DNA of 64,000 bases. It comes from Microgenomates group bacterium. Lineage in GTDB: Bacteria > Patescibacteriota > Microgenomatia > UBA12405. Position numbers and translations under genes: made by a program. The notes below the pieces were generated by a model. It had not been told where the DNA came from and did not search any database. It worked only from the letters and a program-made list of their open reading frames with translations. The stretch spans positions 472,711-536,710 of the forward strand of contig JBAQNJ010000001.1 in NCBI GenBank assembly GCA_049303675.1, given 5' to 3'. Shown here in pieces: positions 18,261 to 26,299 of the stretch. Each line of letters starts with the position of its first letter. Position 1 is the first letter of the stretch.

Positions 18261-18322
18261 TTACGGTCTTTGAGTAGCCATTCTCAAACATTATATTTTC
18301 ACCGAAATTAGCACTAATAATC

Positions 18323-18592
18323 ATGGCATTAACTACCGAAGAAAAAAAAGACATTATTACCAAGTACTCCCAAGCCAAAGGTGACACTGGTTCTCCTGAA
18401 ATTCAGGTCGCAATTTTAAGTAAAGAAATCGAAAAACTTCAGGGTCATTTGGGCGACAATAAACACGATTCTCCTGCCAAGCGTGGACTTCTCAGTAAAA
18501 TCGCCAAGCGCCGTCGTCTACTTCGTTATCTCACTGCTCACAATCCTGAACGTTATACCAAGATCATCAAAGACCTCGGCCTGAAGAAATAG
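18323..18592 (+). CDS. rpsO: 30S ribosomal protein S15
   Basis: 89 aa with LTTEEKKDIITKY...GDTGSPEIQVA...HL..H..D..S.RGLL, the canonical S15. Located upstream of pnp. Confidence 0.92.
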   Translation: MALTTEEKKDIITKYSQAKGDTGSPEIQVAILSKEIEKLQGHLGDNKHDSPAKRGLLSKIAKRRRLLRYLTAHNPERYTKIIKDLGLKK

Positions 18593-18627
18593 GATACAAT
18601 TAAGGATATTATTAAATTTATTTTTAC

Positions 18628-20832
18628 ATGGACAAGATTCAACATACCGTTACCTTAGGTGACAAAACCCTTATTCTTTCAACCGGCGTTCTCGCTCCCC
18701 AAACAAATGCCTCAGTTACCGCCCAAATAGGTAATACTATTATTTTGGCAACTGTCGTCTTAGGCAAACTCGATACCACCAAAGACTATTTCCCTTTATC
18801 AGTCGAATTCCAGGACAAACTTTATTCTGGCGGTCAAATCAAAGGTGGCAAATGGATGAAGCGAGATGGTGGACCATCAGATGGTGCCATTCTCAATGGT
18901 CGTATTATTGATCGTTCTATCCGCCCACTTTTCCCTGCCGGATTCAAAAACGAAGTTCAAGTCATCATTACGGTTCTCAGTAATGACAAGGAAACAGATA
19001 TAATTATTCCCGCATTTACCGCAGTTTCAGCAGCATTAGCTATTTCCAATATCCCATTTAGTGCTCCAGTCTCTGCTGTAAGAATGGGTTATGTCGATGG
19101 TCAATACATTGTTTTCCCCAATTTAGCTGAATTAGCCCAATCAGAATTAGATTTACTCATTTGTCATGATCCCGAGGGTGTCAATATGATTGAGGCTGAT
19201 GGCAATATAGTCAGCAACGACATTATGCTCGGAGCCATGAAACTGGCAATGGAATCAGGTATCAAGACCAATGAACAATTAATCGATTTTGCCAAAAAAT
19301 ACGGTAAAACAAAGCTAGATTTTGTCCCCCAATCACCCGATGAAAAATTAGTTGAAAAATTAGAAAAAATACTCATCAATGATATTGAAAAATTTTTGGC
19401 CGAAGGTGCCGATGGTGCCCACATCGCTGGTGAAGAAATCATCAAAGAAAAAGCTTTAGAATCAGTTGTTGCTGAAATCGAAAAAGAGGAACTAGCTGCC
19501 GCTACAGTTCTAGAAGCCGTCGACAAAATATTACAGAAACATATTCGCCAATCCACTCTTTCTGGTCAACGTTACGACAAGCGTGCCATGGACGAAGTTC
19601 GTCCTATTTCTGTTGAGGCCGGCTATCTACCTTGTACCCATGGATCTGCCTTATTTCAACGTGGTCTGACCCAAGCCCTAACGGTAGTCACTCTCGGATC
19701 TATTAGTGAACAACAATATTTACAAGACAGTTCCGGTGAGACTACCAAGCGCTATATTCACTACTATTCCGCTGGACCTTATTCCACTGGCCAAACTGGT
19801 CGCACCGGCCGCCCAGGTCGTCGCGAAGTTGGACATGGAGCTCTAGCCGAAAAAGCCCTAATTCCCGTAATTCCCACTGTTGACGAATTTCCCTATACCA
19901 TTATTTTGACATCAGAAGTCTTATCCCAAAATGGGTCTAGCTCTATGGCCTCTACTTGTGGCTCCACCATGTCCCTGATGGATGCTGGCGTGCCCATTAA
20001 AGACAAGGTTGCTGGTATTTCTGTGGGCATGATGTCCGATGATAAGGGTAAATATATATTACTCACCGACATCGCCGGACTCGAAGATCATTATGGTGAT
20101 ATGGATTTCAAAATTACTAGTACTCGTACCGGTATTACTGCTATCCAACTCGATATCAAGCGATCGGGACTCAGCTATCAAATGATCGAAGAAACTTTTG
20201 CTGCCTCAACCAAAGCACGCATGGGCATTCTCGACAAAATGGAAGCCGTTCTGGCCGCACCTCGTGCCCAACTTTCAGTTTATGCTCCCAAGATCAAAAT
20301 GATTCAGTTGCCCGAAGATAAAATTGGCGAAGTCATTGGCTCTGGTGGCAAAACCATCAAAGGTCTCATGGAAAAATTTGGAGTCAATATCGATATTGAT
20401 GACGAGGGACGTGCCTCTATCTCAGCCATAGATCAGGTCAAGATAGATGATTGTGTCTACGAAATTGAAGCCATGATTAAGGAAGTCCAAATCGGTGAAG
20501 AGTACGACGGAGTCGTCACTCGAGTTGAGGCCTATGGTGCCTTTGTCGAGTTTCTCCCCGGACGTGAGGCCTTACTTCATGTTTCCGAAATGAGTGGTGG
20601 CTTTTTATCTGACCCCAGTGCCATCATCAAGGTAGGGGATACTCTCAAAGTAGTTATCGCTGGATTCAACGATAATCATCAAATAAAACTAGCCTCCCCC
20701 GAATTCAAAAATGCTCATCCTGGTGATCCCAGTGCCATGCCCAATCGGGAACGACCCCAATTTGATCGTCCACCCCGATCCGGTGGTTTTCGCAACTTTG
20801 CCTCATCCGGTCCCCAACGACCAAGGAGATAA
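18628..20832 (+). CDS. pnp: polyribonucleotide nucleotidyltransferase (PNPase)
   Basis: Two RNase PH domains (GQTGRTGRPGRREVGHG), KH and S1 domains, and an Arg/Gly/Pro-rich tail. Confidence 0.95.
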   Translation: MDKIQHTVTLGDKTLILSTGVLAPQTNASVTAQIGNTIILATVVLGKLDTTKDYFPLSVEFQDKLYSGGQIKGGKWMKRDGGPSDGAILNGRIIDRSIRPLFPAGFKNEVQVIITVLSNDKETDIIIPAFTAVSAALAISNIPFSAPVSAVRMGYVDGQYIVFPNLAELAQSELDLLICHDPEGVNMIEADGNIVSNDIMLGAMKLAMESGIKTNEQLIDFAKKYGKTKLDFVPQSPDEKLVEKLEKILINDIEKFLAEGADGAHIAGEEIIKEKALESVVAEIEKEELAAATVLEAVDKILQKHIRQSTLSGQRYDKRAMDEVRPISVEAGYLPCTHGSALFQRGLTQALTVVTLGSISEQQYLQDSSGETTKRYIHYYSAGPYSTGQTGRTGRPGRREVGHGALAEKALIPVIPTVDEFPYTIILTSEVLSQNGSSSMASTCGSTMSLMDAGVPIKDKVAGISVGMMSDDKGKYILLTDIAGLEDHYGDMDFKITSTRTGITAIQLDIKRSGLSYQMIEETFAASTKARMGILDKMEAVLAAPRAQLSVYAPKIKMIQLPEDKIGEVIGSGGKTIKGLMEKFGVNIDIDDEGRASISAIDQVKIDDCVYEIEAMIKEVQIGEEYDGVVTRVEAYGAFVEFLPGREALLHVSEMSGGFLSDPSAIIKVGDTLKVVIAGFNDNHQIKLASPEFKNAHPGDPSAMPNRERPQFDRPPRSGGFRNFASSGPQRPRR

Positions 20833-20849
20833 TAGCTCATTGTCGGATC

Positions 20850-20884
20850 ACTGTTTACTATCAACTGAAAACTGTTAACTGAAT
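20850..20884 (+). repeat. tandem heptamer array (ACTGTTT ACTATCA ACTGAAA ACTGTTA ACTGAAT), 16 nt upstream of the lon-like start
   Basis: Five contiguous 7-nt units sharing the ACTG core. The array is homologous along its whole 35 nt to those at 26263 and 28443. Confidence 0.6.
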
Positions 20885-20900
20885 ATAGTATACTTTTTCT

Positions 20901-21962
20901 ATGGATTCTGCTGCCCTGACACCCCAATCAGCCATCGCCAAACTTACAGAAAAATCACAATCAGTCAAATTACCCGATGGTATGGCTGACAAATTAAGTG
21001 AGCTTTTTTCTCAACTCCAAATCAACGCTCGATCCGAGGATACATTTTGGCAATATTATCAATCAGTTTCCAAATATGTCGACTGGGTAATATCTTTGCC
21101 ATGGTACAAGGAAAGTGCTGATATTCTCGACCTCCAACATACCATGGAAAAATTGAATGAAGGTCATTATGGCCTCCAAATGGTCAAAGATCGCCTTCTC
21201 GAATATATCTCTGTATTAGCCCTGCAAAAAGCCCGTCATCCCGACCAAAAGCTACGCTCACCCATCTTATTATTTGTCGGGCTAGTCGGTACCGGCAAGA
21301 CCACTATGGCCAAATCAATTGCTACAGTCATGGGTCGGGAGCTTATCCGCATTCCTTTTGGTGGACTGGGTGACCCACTTTATCTTCGTGGTCAGTCCCG
21401 CATTCACCCCGAAGCCGAGCCGGGAGCCATCATCAGGGGATTGGCCAGTGCCAAGACCCGCAATCCGGTCATTTTATTAGACGAGATAGACCGTGTCGCC
21501 GATGAAGCCCTCAACACCATTATGGGAGTCCTCGTAGAATTATTAGATCCCGAGCAAAACGATCGTTTTACCGACCATTATGTCGATTTTCCCTTTGATC
21601 TCTCCCAAGCTTTTTTCGTGGCTACTTGCAACAATACTACCCGTATTGCCACCGCCGTCATGGATCGTCTCGAACCAATTCAAATGCCCTCCTACAATGA
21701 CGAGGAAAAGATTGGTATTGGTAGGGACTATCTCTTGCCTCGAGCTCTCAAGGATGCTGGTTTATCATCTGATGATTTATCTATTGCCGATGGTGTCTGG
21801 ACCAACATTGTTCGTCCACTAGGTTTTGACTCAGGAGTCCGGACACTTAAAAGAAATATCGAAGGATTATGCCGCAAAGTCGCCTTATTGATTTTATCCG
21901 GCAAAGAAAAAAAAGTTGTTGTCGACGAATCCAATGTTAAATTTTATCTCCCCCAATGGTAA
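20901..21962 (+). CDS. Lon-family AAA+ ATPase module without the S16 peptidase domain
   Basis: LNEGHYGLQMVKDRLLEYISVLA (Lon-specific pre-AAA motif), Walker A GLVGTGKTT, Walker B ILLDEIDR, and a GVRTLKRNIEGLCRKVA lid helix. The ORF stops exactly where the protease domain would begin, and no DGPSAG motif lies downstream. Confidence 0.7.
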   Translation: MDSAALTPQSAIAKLTEKSQSVKLPDGMADKLSELFSQLQINARSEDTFWQYYQSVSKYVDWVISLPWYKESADILDLQHTMEKLNEGHYGLQMVKDRLLEYISVLALQKARHPDQKLRSPILLFVGLVGTGKTTMAKSIATVMGRELIRIPFGGLGDPLYLRGQSRIHPEAEPGAIIRGLASAKTRNPVILLDEIDRVADEALNTIMGVLVELLDPEQNDRFTDHYVDFPFDLSQAFFVATCNNTTRIATAVMDRLEPIQMPSYNDEEKIGIGRDYLLPRALKDAGLSSDDLSIADGVWTNIVRPLGFDSGVRTLKRNIEGLCRKVALLILSGKEKKVVVDESNVKFYLPQW

Positions 21963-22217
21963 AAGCCTCAGTCAAAGAATCATATCCAGTCCTCGTGCTA
22001 GTCATGTTAGCCCTAGCCTTTGTAGTTTTACTCATGACACTTTATCCCTACTTTAGGTAAAATATGCCAATCTATTTGCAATTCAAATATCCTTCTGTTA
22101 CACTCTCTTCACAGCTATTGAATATATTTACTGCCAAGGAAGTTAGTTTTACCGCTTTTTATGTGTATCAAAATTTCCTCTCACAGTTTTTCACTGGCCG
22201 ATTATTAGGTATAAATT

Positions 22218-23993
22218 ATGTTAAATAACAATTTTAAACCAAAAACAAATGTCCGCTTACCAGTTCCAGCCCAATTTTCTGGCGCCCAGTCTCAAGTCCG
22301 CCAGTTCAACCACAAACTAGATTCCCTGCGTATTGTCTCCCTCGGAGGCTTTGGTGATGTCACCCAAAACATGTATGTCTACGAGTACATCCCCAATGGC
22401 GATGAGTCCAAGAGTCAGATCATCATTGTCGACTGCGGAGTCGGCTTTCCCGAAGAAGATGATTTTGGTGTCGATCTCCAAATCCCTGATACCAAATATC
22501 TTGACAACAAAAAGGACCGAATTCTCGGTATTTTTATCACTCATGGTCACGAGGATCATATTGGTGCTCTTCGATTTATTCTCCCCATTATTGGTACCAA
22601 TATTCCTATCCATGCCCCTCGTATGGCTGCCGCTTTTATCGAAGGCAGGTTAGTTGAGGCTAACATTCGATCCAAAATGACTGTTTATGAATCCGGTGAC
22701 ATCATCACTGCTGGTCCCTTTACAGTTGAAACAATCCGCGTCAACCATTCCGTTCCCGATACCAATCATTTTGCCATTACCTCTCCAGTGGGAGTTGTCT
22801 ACCATGGCTCAGATTTTAAATTTGATTTGTTCCCTCTCGATGGCAAACCCACTGACTACGGCCGCATTGCCCGCACCGGAGAGAAGAAGGTTATTGCCCT
22901 ACTCTCCGATTGTCTCGGTTCTGATCATCCGGGTTTTTCCCCTTCTGAAAGTTCTATCGCCGAAGCCTTTGAACATGAAATCAAGACAGCTAAGGGCCGT
23001 ATTTTTGTAACAACTATTTCCTCCAACATTGTTCGTTGGGGGCAGGCTATAGATTACGCCAAACGCGCCGGTCGCAAGATCGTCACTGTCGGCTACTCAG
23101 TCGATAAAGCTATCAAAATTGGCCAAGAATTGGGCTATATCAATATCACTGATGCCGACATTGTCCCTATCGAACGGGTCAAAAACTTTGCTGAAAATAA
23201 ATTAATTTTTTTGGTGGCTGGTTTTGCCGCTCAGGCCAATTCTGCCCTCTCCAAAATGGTCATGGGTAAGCATCGGGTCAAAATCAAGTCAGGGGACAAG
23301 GTTATCTTTTCTTCACCAGACTATATTCCGGGCACCACCTCCAAAATCTTTGAATTAATTGATGTACTCTCCAAACTTGGGGCCGATGTGGTCTCTGGTG
23401 ATGGTCAGGAAATCCATGTCTCCGGCCACGGTTTTCAAAAAGAGCACGCCATGTTGATCAATTTGGTCAGGCCAAAATATTTACTACCTATTGGTGGAAA
23501 TTACCGCCATATCAAAAGCTATTTCAAAATGGCCAAAGCCATGGGTATGAAGGATGAACAGTTTATCAACCCTGACAGTGATTCCATCATCACCTTTTAT
23601 AGCAATGGCACCTATGATCAAAAATCCCACAATCCCATTCGCAAAGTCCTGATTGATGGACTAGGCATTGGCGATGTCGGGGCTACAGTTTTGCGGGATC
23701 GAAAATTATTAGCCGAGGAGGGAATGTTCTCTGTGGTTCTGATGGTCAACAAGGCCTCGGGCAAGTTGGTCAAGGAGCCTGAGATTCTCTCCCGTGGGTT
23801 TGTCTTTGTTAAGGACAACACCGACCTAATTGACTATTTGAAACAAGAGATCAATCGCAAGTTCACCGAAGTTAGCAGTGCTCCTGCCAACTTTGAATAT
23901 ATCCGTCAACAGCTTCAGGGCCATATCGAACAGGTGATTATGGACAAGACCGGTCGCCAGCCCATGGTTCTACCGTTGGTGATGGAGGTATAA
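22218..23993 (+). CDS. rnj: ribonuclease J (metallo-beta-lactamase / beta-CASP RNase)
   Basis: HGHEDHIG zinc-binding motif, beta-CASP motifs and a C-terminal domain. 591 aa. Confidence 0.9.
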   Translation: MLNNNFKPKTNVRLPVPAQFSGAQSQVRQFNHKLDSLRIVSLGGFGDVTQNMYVYEYIPNGDESKSQIIIVDCGVGFPEEDDFGVDLQIPDTKYLDNKKDRILGIFITHGHEDHIGALRFILPIIGTNIPIHAPRMAAAFIEGRLVEANIRSKMTVYESGDIITAGPFTVETIRVNHSVPDTNHFAITSPVGVVYHGSDFKFDLFPLDGKPTDYGRIARTGEKKVIALLSDCLGSDHPGFSPSESSIAEAFEHEIKTAKGRIFVTTISSNIVRWGQAIDYAKRAGRKIVTVGYSVDKAIKIGQELGYINITDADIVPIERVKNFAENKLIFLVAGFAAQANSALSKMVMGKHRVKIKSGDKVIFSSPDYIPGTTSKIFELIDVLSKLGADVVSGDGQEIHVSGHGFQKEHAMLINLVRPKYLLPIGGNYRHIKSYFKMAKAMGMKDEQFINPDSDSIITFYSNGTYDQKSHNPIRKVLIDGLGIGDVGATVLRDRKLLAEEGMFSVVLMVNKASGKLVKEPEILSRGFVFVKDNTDLIDYLKQEINRKFTEVSSAPANFEYIRQQLQGHIEQVIMDKTGRQPMVLPLVMEV

Positions 23994-23999
23994 AAAGTT

Positions 24000-24257
24000 A
24001 TGCCAGCCGGAGTTAGAGTAATCATAGGTGATACCCAATCCTATTTTGATATAGGTAAAGAGCGTGAAGAATTAGTTCCAGTTTATTCAACAGATGAAAA
24101 TGGAATTACAGCTCAAGTTATGTCTGTCCGAGCAACTCCAACTGGATCTACACAAGTAACCTTTTTTTCACCATCTGGTTTAGTAGATAGGATGACTCCA
24201 AATAAAATGAGGGTTACATTGCCTGATAAAACAATAGTTCTAACTGGAATTCGTTAA
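24000..24257 (+). CDS. hypothetical small protein (85 aa)
   Basis: ORF only. Confidence 0.4.
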   Translation: MPAGVRVIIGDTQSYFDIGKEREELVPVYSTDENGITAQVMSVRATPTGSTQVTFFSPSGLVDRMTPNKMRVTLPDKTIVLTGIR

Positions 24258-24349
24258 TCAATCAAAATTTGTTACAATAATCCCAAGCCCGCTTTTGTTA
24301 TAAATTTATTTATGGCATAGCGGGTGTTTTTTGGTGTATAATAAATCCA

Positions 24350-24500
24350 AACCTAAGAAACGGTATCCCGCCGTGGAGGTCCCCGACAAAATATCGGGGC
24401 GGAACTGAACCGTATAAATTCACCAGAGATTAAGAAGGGTGGTACCGTTTCGATTTATCGAGACCCCTTAAAAATTATTTATAGTTTTTAGGAGGTCAAT
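24350..24500 (+). promoter_or_regulatory. T-box riboswitch-like leader (compact) upstream of the tRNA-binding-protein/proS operon
   Basis: A TATAAT at 24337-24342 lies upstream. The T-box consensus AAGGGUGGUACCG is at 24435-24447. It folds as a canonical antiterminator: A1 helix AAGGG/CCCUU (24435-39 with 24465-69), a 7-nt bulge UGGUACC, and A2 helix GUUUCGA-UUUA-UCGAGAC. An F-box-like CCGTAT is at 24408-13 and an AGAGA at 24425-29. A GC-rich stem-I-like hairpin spans 24368-24404. CCU-A lies near the 5' end (24352-55). An SD AGGAGG sits at 24490-95. Confidence 0.5.
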
Positions 24501-24836
24501 ATGGCAACATATGATGATTTTGTAAAACTCGATGTTCGAGTTGGTAAAGTAGTTTTAGTCGAAGATTTTCCTGAGGCCAAAAAACCCGCCTACAAACTAA
24601 CTATCGATTTTGGTAATGAAATCGGGATTAAACATTCTAGCGTTCAAATTGTAAAATTTTATAAAAAAGAAGAATTAAAAGATAAATTGGTTTTAGGTGT
24701 TGTCAATTTTCCACCTCGTCAAATTGGCCCATTTGTATCCGAATCCCTAACCTTGGGCGTTCCTGATGTTAATGGTGATTGTATCTTAATTACTCCTGAC
24801 AAGTCTCAAGCCATAATTGGTGGTAAGCTATTTTAA
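24501..24836 (+). CDS. tRNA-binding domain protein (CsaA/Trbp111/EMAP-II-like OB fold)
   Basis: LDVRVGKVVLVEDFPEAKKPAYKLTIDFG....VVNFPPRQIG..SE.L.LG matches the MetRS C-terminal-type tRNA-binding domain. Confidence 0.7.
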   Translation: MATYDDFVKLDVRVGKVVLVEDFPEAKKPAYKLTIDFGNEIGIKHSSVQIVKFYKKEELKDKLVLGVVNFPPRQIGPFVSESLTLGVPDVNGDCILITPDKSQAIIGGKLF

Positions 24837-24840
24837 TCAT

Positions 24841-26256
24841 ATGCAACAATTACCTGATTTCAAAACAAACTTGTCCGAATGGTTTAATGAAATTGTCCTC
24901 AAGGCTGAATTAGCCGACTATGCCCCAGTCAAGGGATGTATGGTCATCCGCCCTTATGGCTATGCCCTCTGGGAAAACATCCAGCAATTCATGGACAAAT
25001 TGATCAAAGAGCATGGAGTTCAAAATGCCTATTTTCCCTTGTTTATTCCCATGTCTTATTTTCAAAAAGAAAAAGAGCATGTTGAAGGTTTTTCTCCCCA
25101 GCTGGCTATCGTGACTATTGGTGGTGGCAAAGAATTATCTGAAAAACTAGTAGTTCGACCCACCTCCGAAATGATGATGTACGAAATGTACAAAAAATGG
25201 TTTGGCTCGTGGCGCGATTTACCTGTCCAAATGAATCAATGGTGCAACATTGTCCGTTGGGAAAAACGAACGTATCTTTTCTTGCGTACTTCTGAGTTTT
25301 TATGGCAGGAGGGTCACTGTGCCCATTTGACCCACGAAGAATCTATTGCGGAAGTTGAGTGGGCCATCAAAATGTATGGCCAGACTTATAATGAGTTGAT
25401 GGCTATGTATGGAATAATTGGCTACAAGAGTGACTCAGAAAAGTTCGCTGGCGGATACAAAACAATCACTTTCGAATCTCTTATGCCCAATGGTAAATCA
25501 CTCCAAGCTTGTACTTCCCATGATCTAGGTCAAAACTTTTCTCATTCAATCGACTGGACTGTTCAGGACAAAGAAGGCCAGAAAGCCTACCCATGGCAAA
25601 ATTCGTGGGGTTTTTCTACCCGTAGTATCGGCGGATTAATTATGTCTCATGGCGATTCAAAAGGATTAGTCTTACCTCCAAATATCGCGCCAACTCAAGT
25701 GGTCATTGTGCCTATTCCCAATCACGCCACAGCTCTTCATAAATCCCAAGAATTATTTGACCAACTAAAAGCTAATTATCGGGTCAAACTCGACACACTC
25801 GAGGGAGAAACAGCAGGCTACAAATTTAACAAATGGGAAATACAGGGTATTCCTCTCCGAATCGAGCTAGGCGATCGCGATGTCTCCACTGGTACAGTTA
25901 TTATTTATCGTCGGGACACTGGAGAAAAAGTAATAACTGACTTTGATGATGTTAAAAATACTATTCAAAAATTATTAGTTGAAATACAAAAAAATCTTTT
26001 TGAGAAGCATAAAAAATTTACTATTGACCATACATTCAAAGCCGATACTTATGACGAATTCAAAAAAATAATGGTCACCAGTCGTGGGTTTATTTCTGCC
26101 CACTGGTGCGAACAAAAAGATTGCGAGGCCACCATCAAAACCGACACCAAGGCTACCACTCGTTGTCTGCCTCTTGATGTACCTGAGGAATCAGGCAAGT
26201 GTGTCCGTTGTGGCGCGCCCTCTTCTCACCGCTGGCTCTTTGGCCTTAGTTACTAA
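24841..26256 (+). CDS. proS: proline--tRNA ligase (archaeal/eukaryote-like class II form, no INS editing domain, C-terminal Zn-binding domain)
   Basis: Class II motifs and a C-terminal CEQKDCE...CVRCG. The start is taken at the ATG at 24841, immediately after the upstream stop. The ORF-track start at 24817 would overlap the previous gene. Confidence 0.9.
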   Translation: MQQLPDFKTNLSEWFNEIVLKAELADYAPVKGCMVIRPYGYALWENIQQFMDKLIKEHGVQNAYFPLFIPMSYFQKEKEHVEGFSPQLAIVTIGGGKELSEKLVVRPTSEMMMYEMYKKWFGSWRDLPVQMNQWCNIVRWEKRTYLFLRTSEFLWQEGHCAHLTHEESIAEVEWAIKMYGQTYNELMAMYGIIGYKSDSEKFAGGYKTITFESLMPNGKSLQACTSHDLGQNFSHSIDWTVQDKEGQKAYPWQNSWGFSTRSIGGLIMSHGDSKGLVLPPNIAPTQVVIVPIPNHATALHKSQELFDQLKANYRVKLDTLEGETAGYKFNKWEIQGIPLRIELGDRDVSTGTVIIYRRDTGEKVITDFDDVKNTIQKLLVEIQKNLFEKHKKFTIDHTFKADTYDEFKKIMVTSRGFISAHWCEQKDCEATIKTDTKATTRCLPLDVPEESGKCVRCGAPSSHRWLFGLSY

Positions 26257-26262
26257 CTAATT

Positions 26263-26297
26263 ACTGTTCACTGTTCACTCTTAACTGTATACTGAAT
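26263..26297 (+). repeat. tandem heptamer array (ACTGTTC ACTGTTC ACTCTTA ACTGTAT ACTGAAT), ending 2 nt before the ftsK ATG
   Basis: Five contiguous heptamers; same 35-nt architecture as the 20850 and 28443 arrays. Confidence 0.6.
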
Positions 26298-26299
26298 AT

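Noticed and set aside
24350-24500. Structured leader considered as SRP RNA, 6S RNA or tmRNA
   Set aside because: It is too short, lacks the SRP domain IV GGAA/AGCAG motifs, and instead matches the T-box consensus with its characteristic 7-nt bulge.
24817-24840. Longer proS start at 24817 (MVVSYFNHM...)
   Set aside because: It would overlap the 3' end of the upstream gene. The ATG at 24841 immediately follows that gene's stop and gives a conventional ProRS N-terminus.
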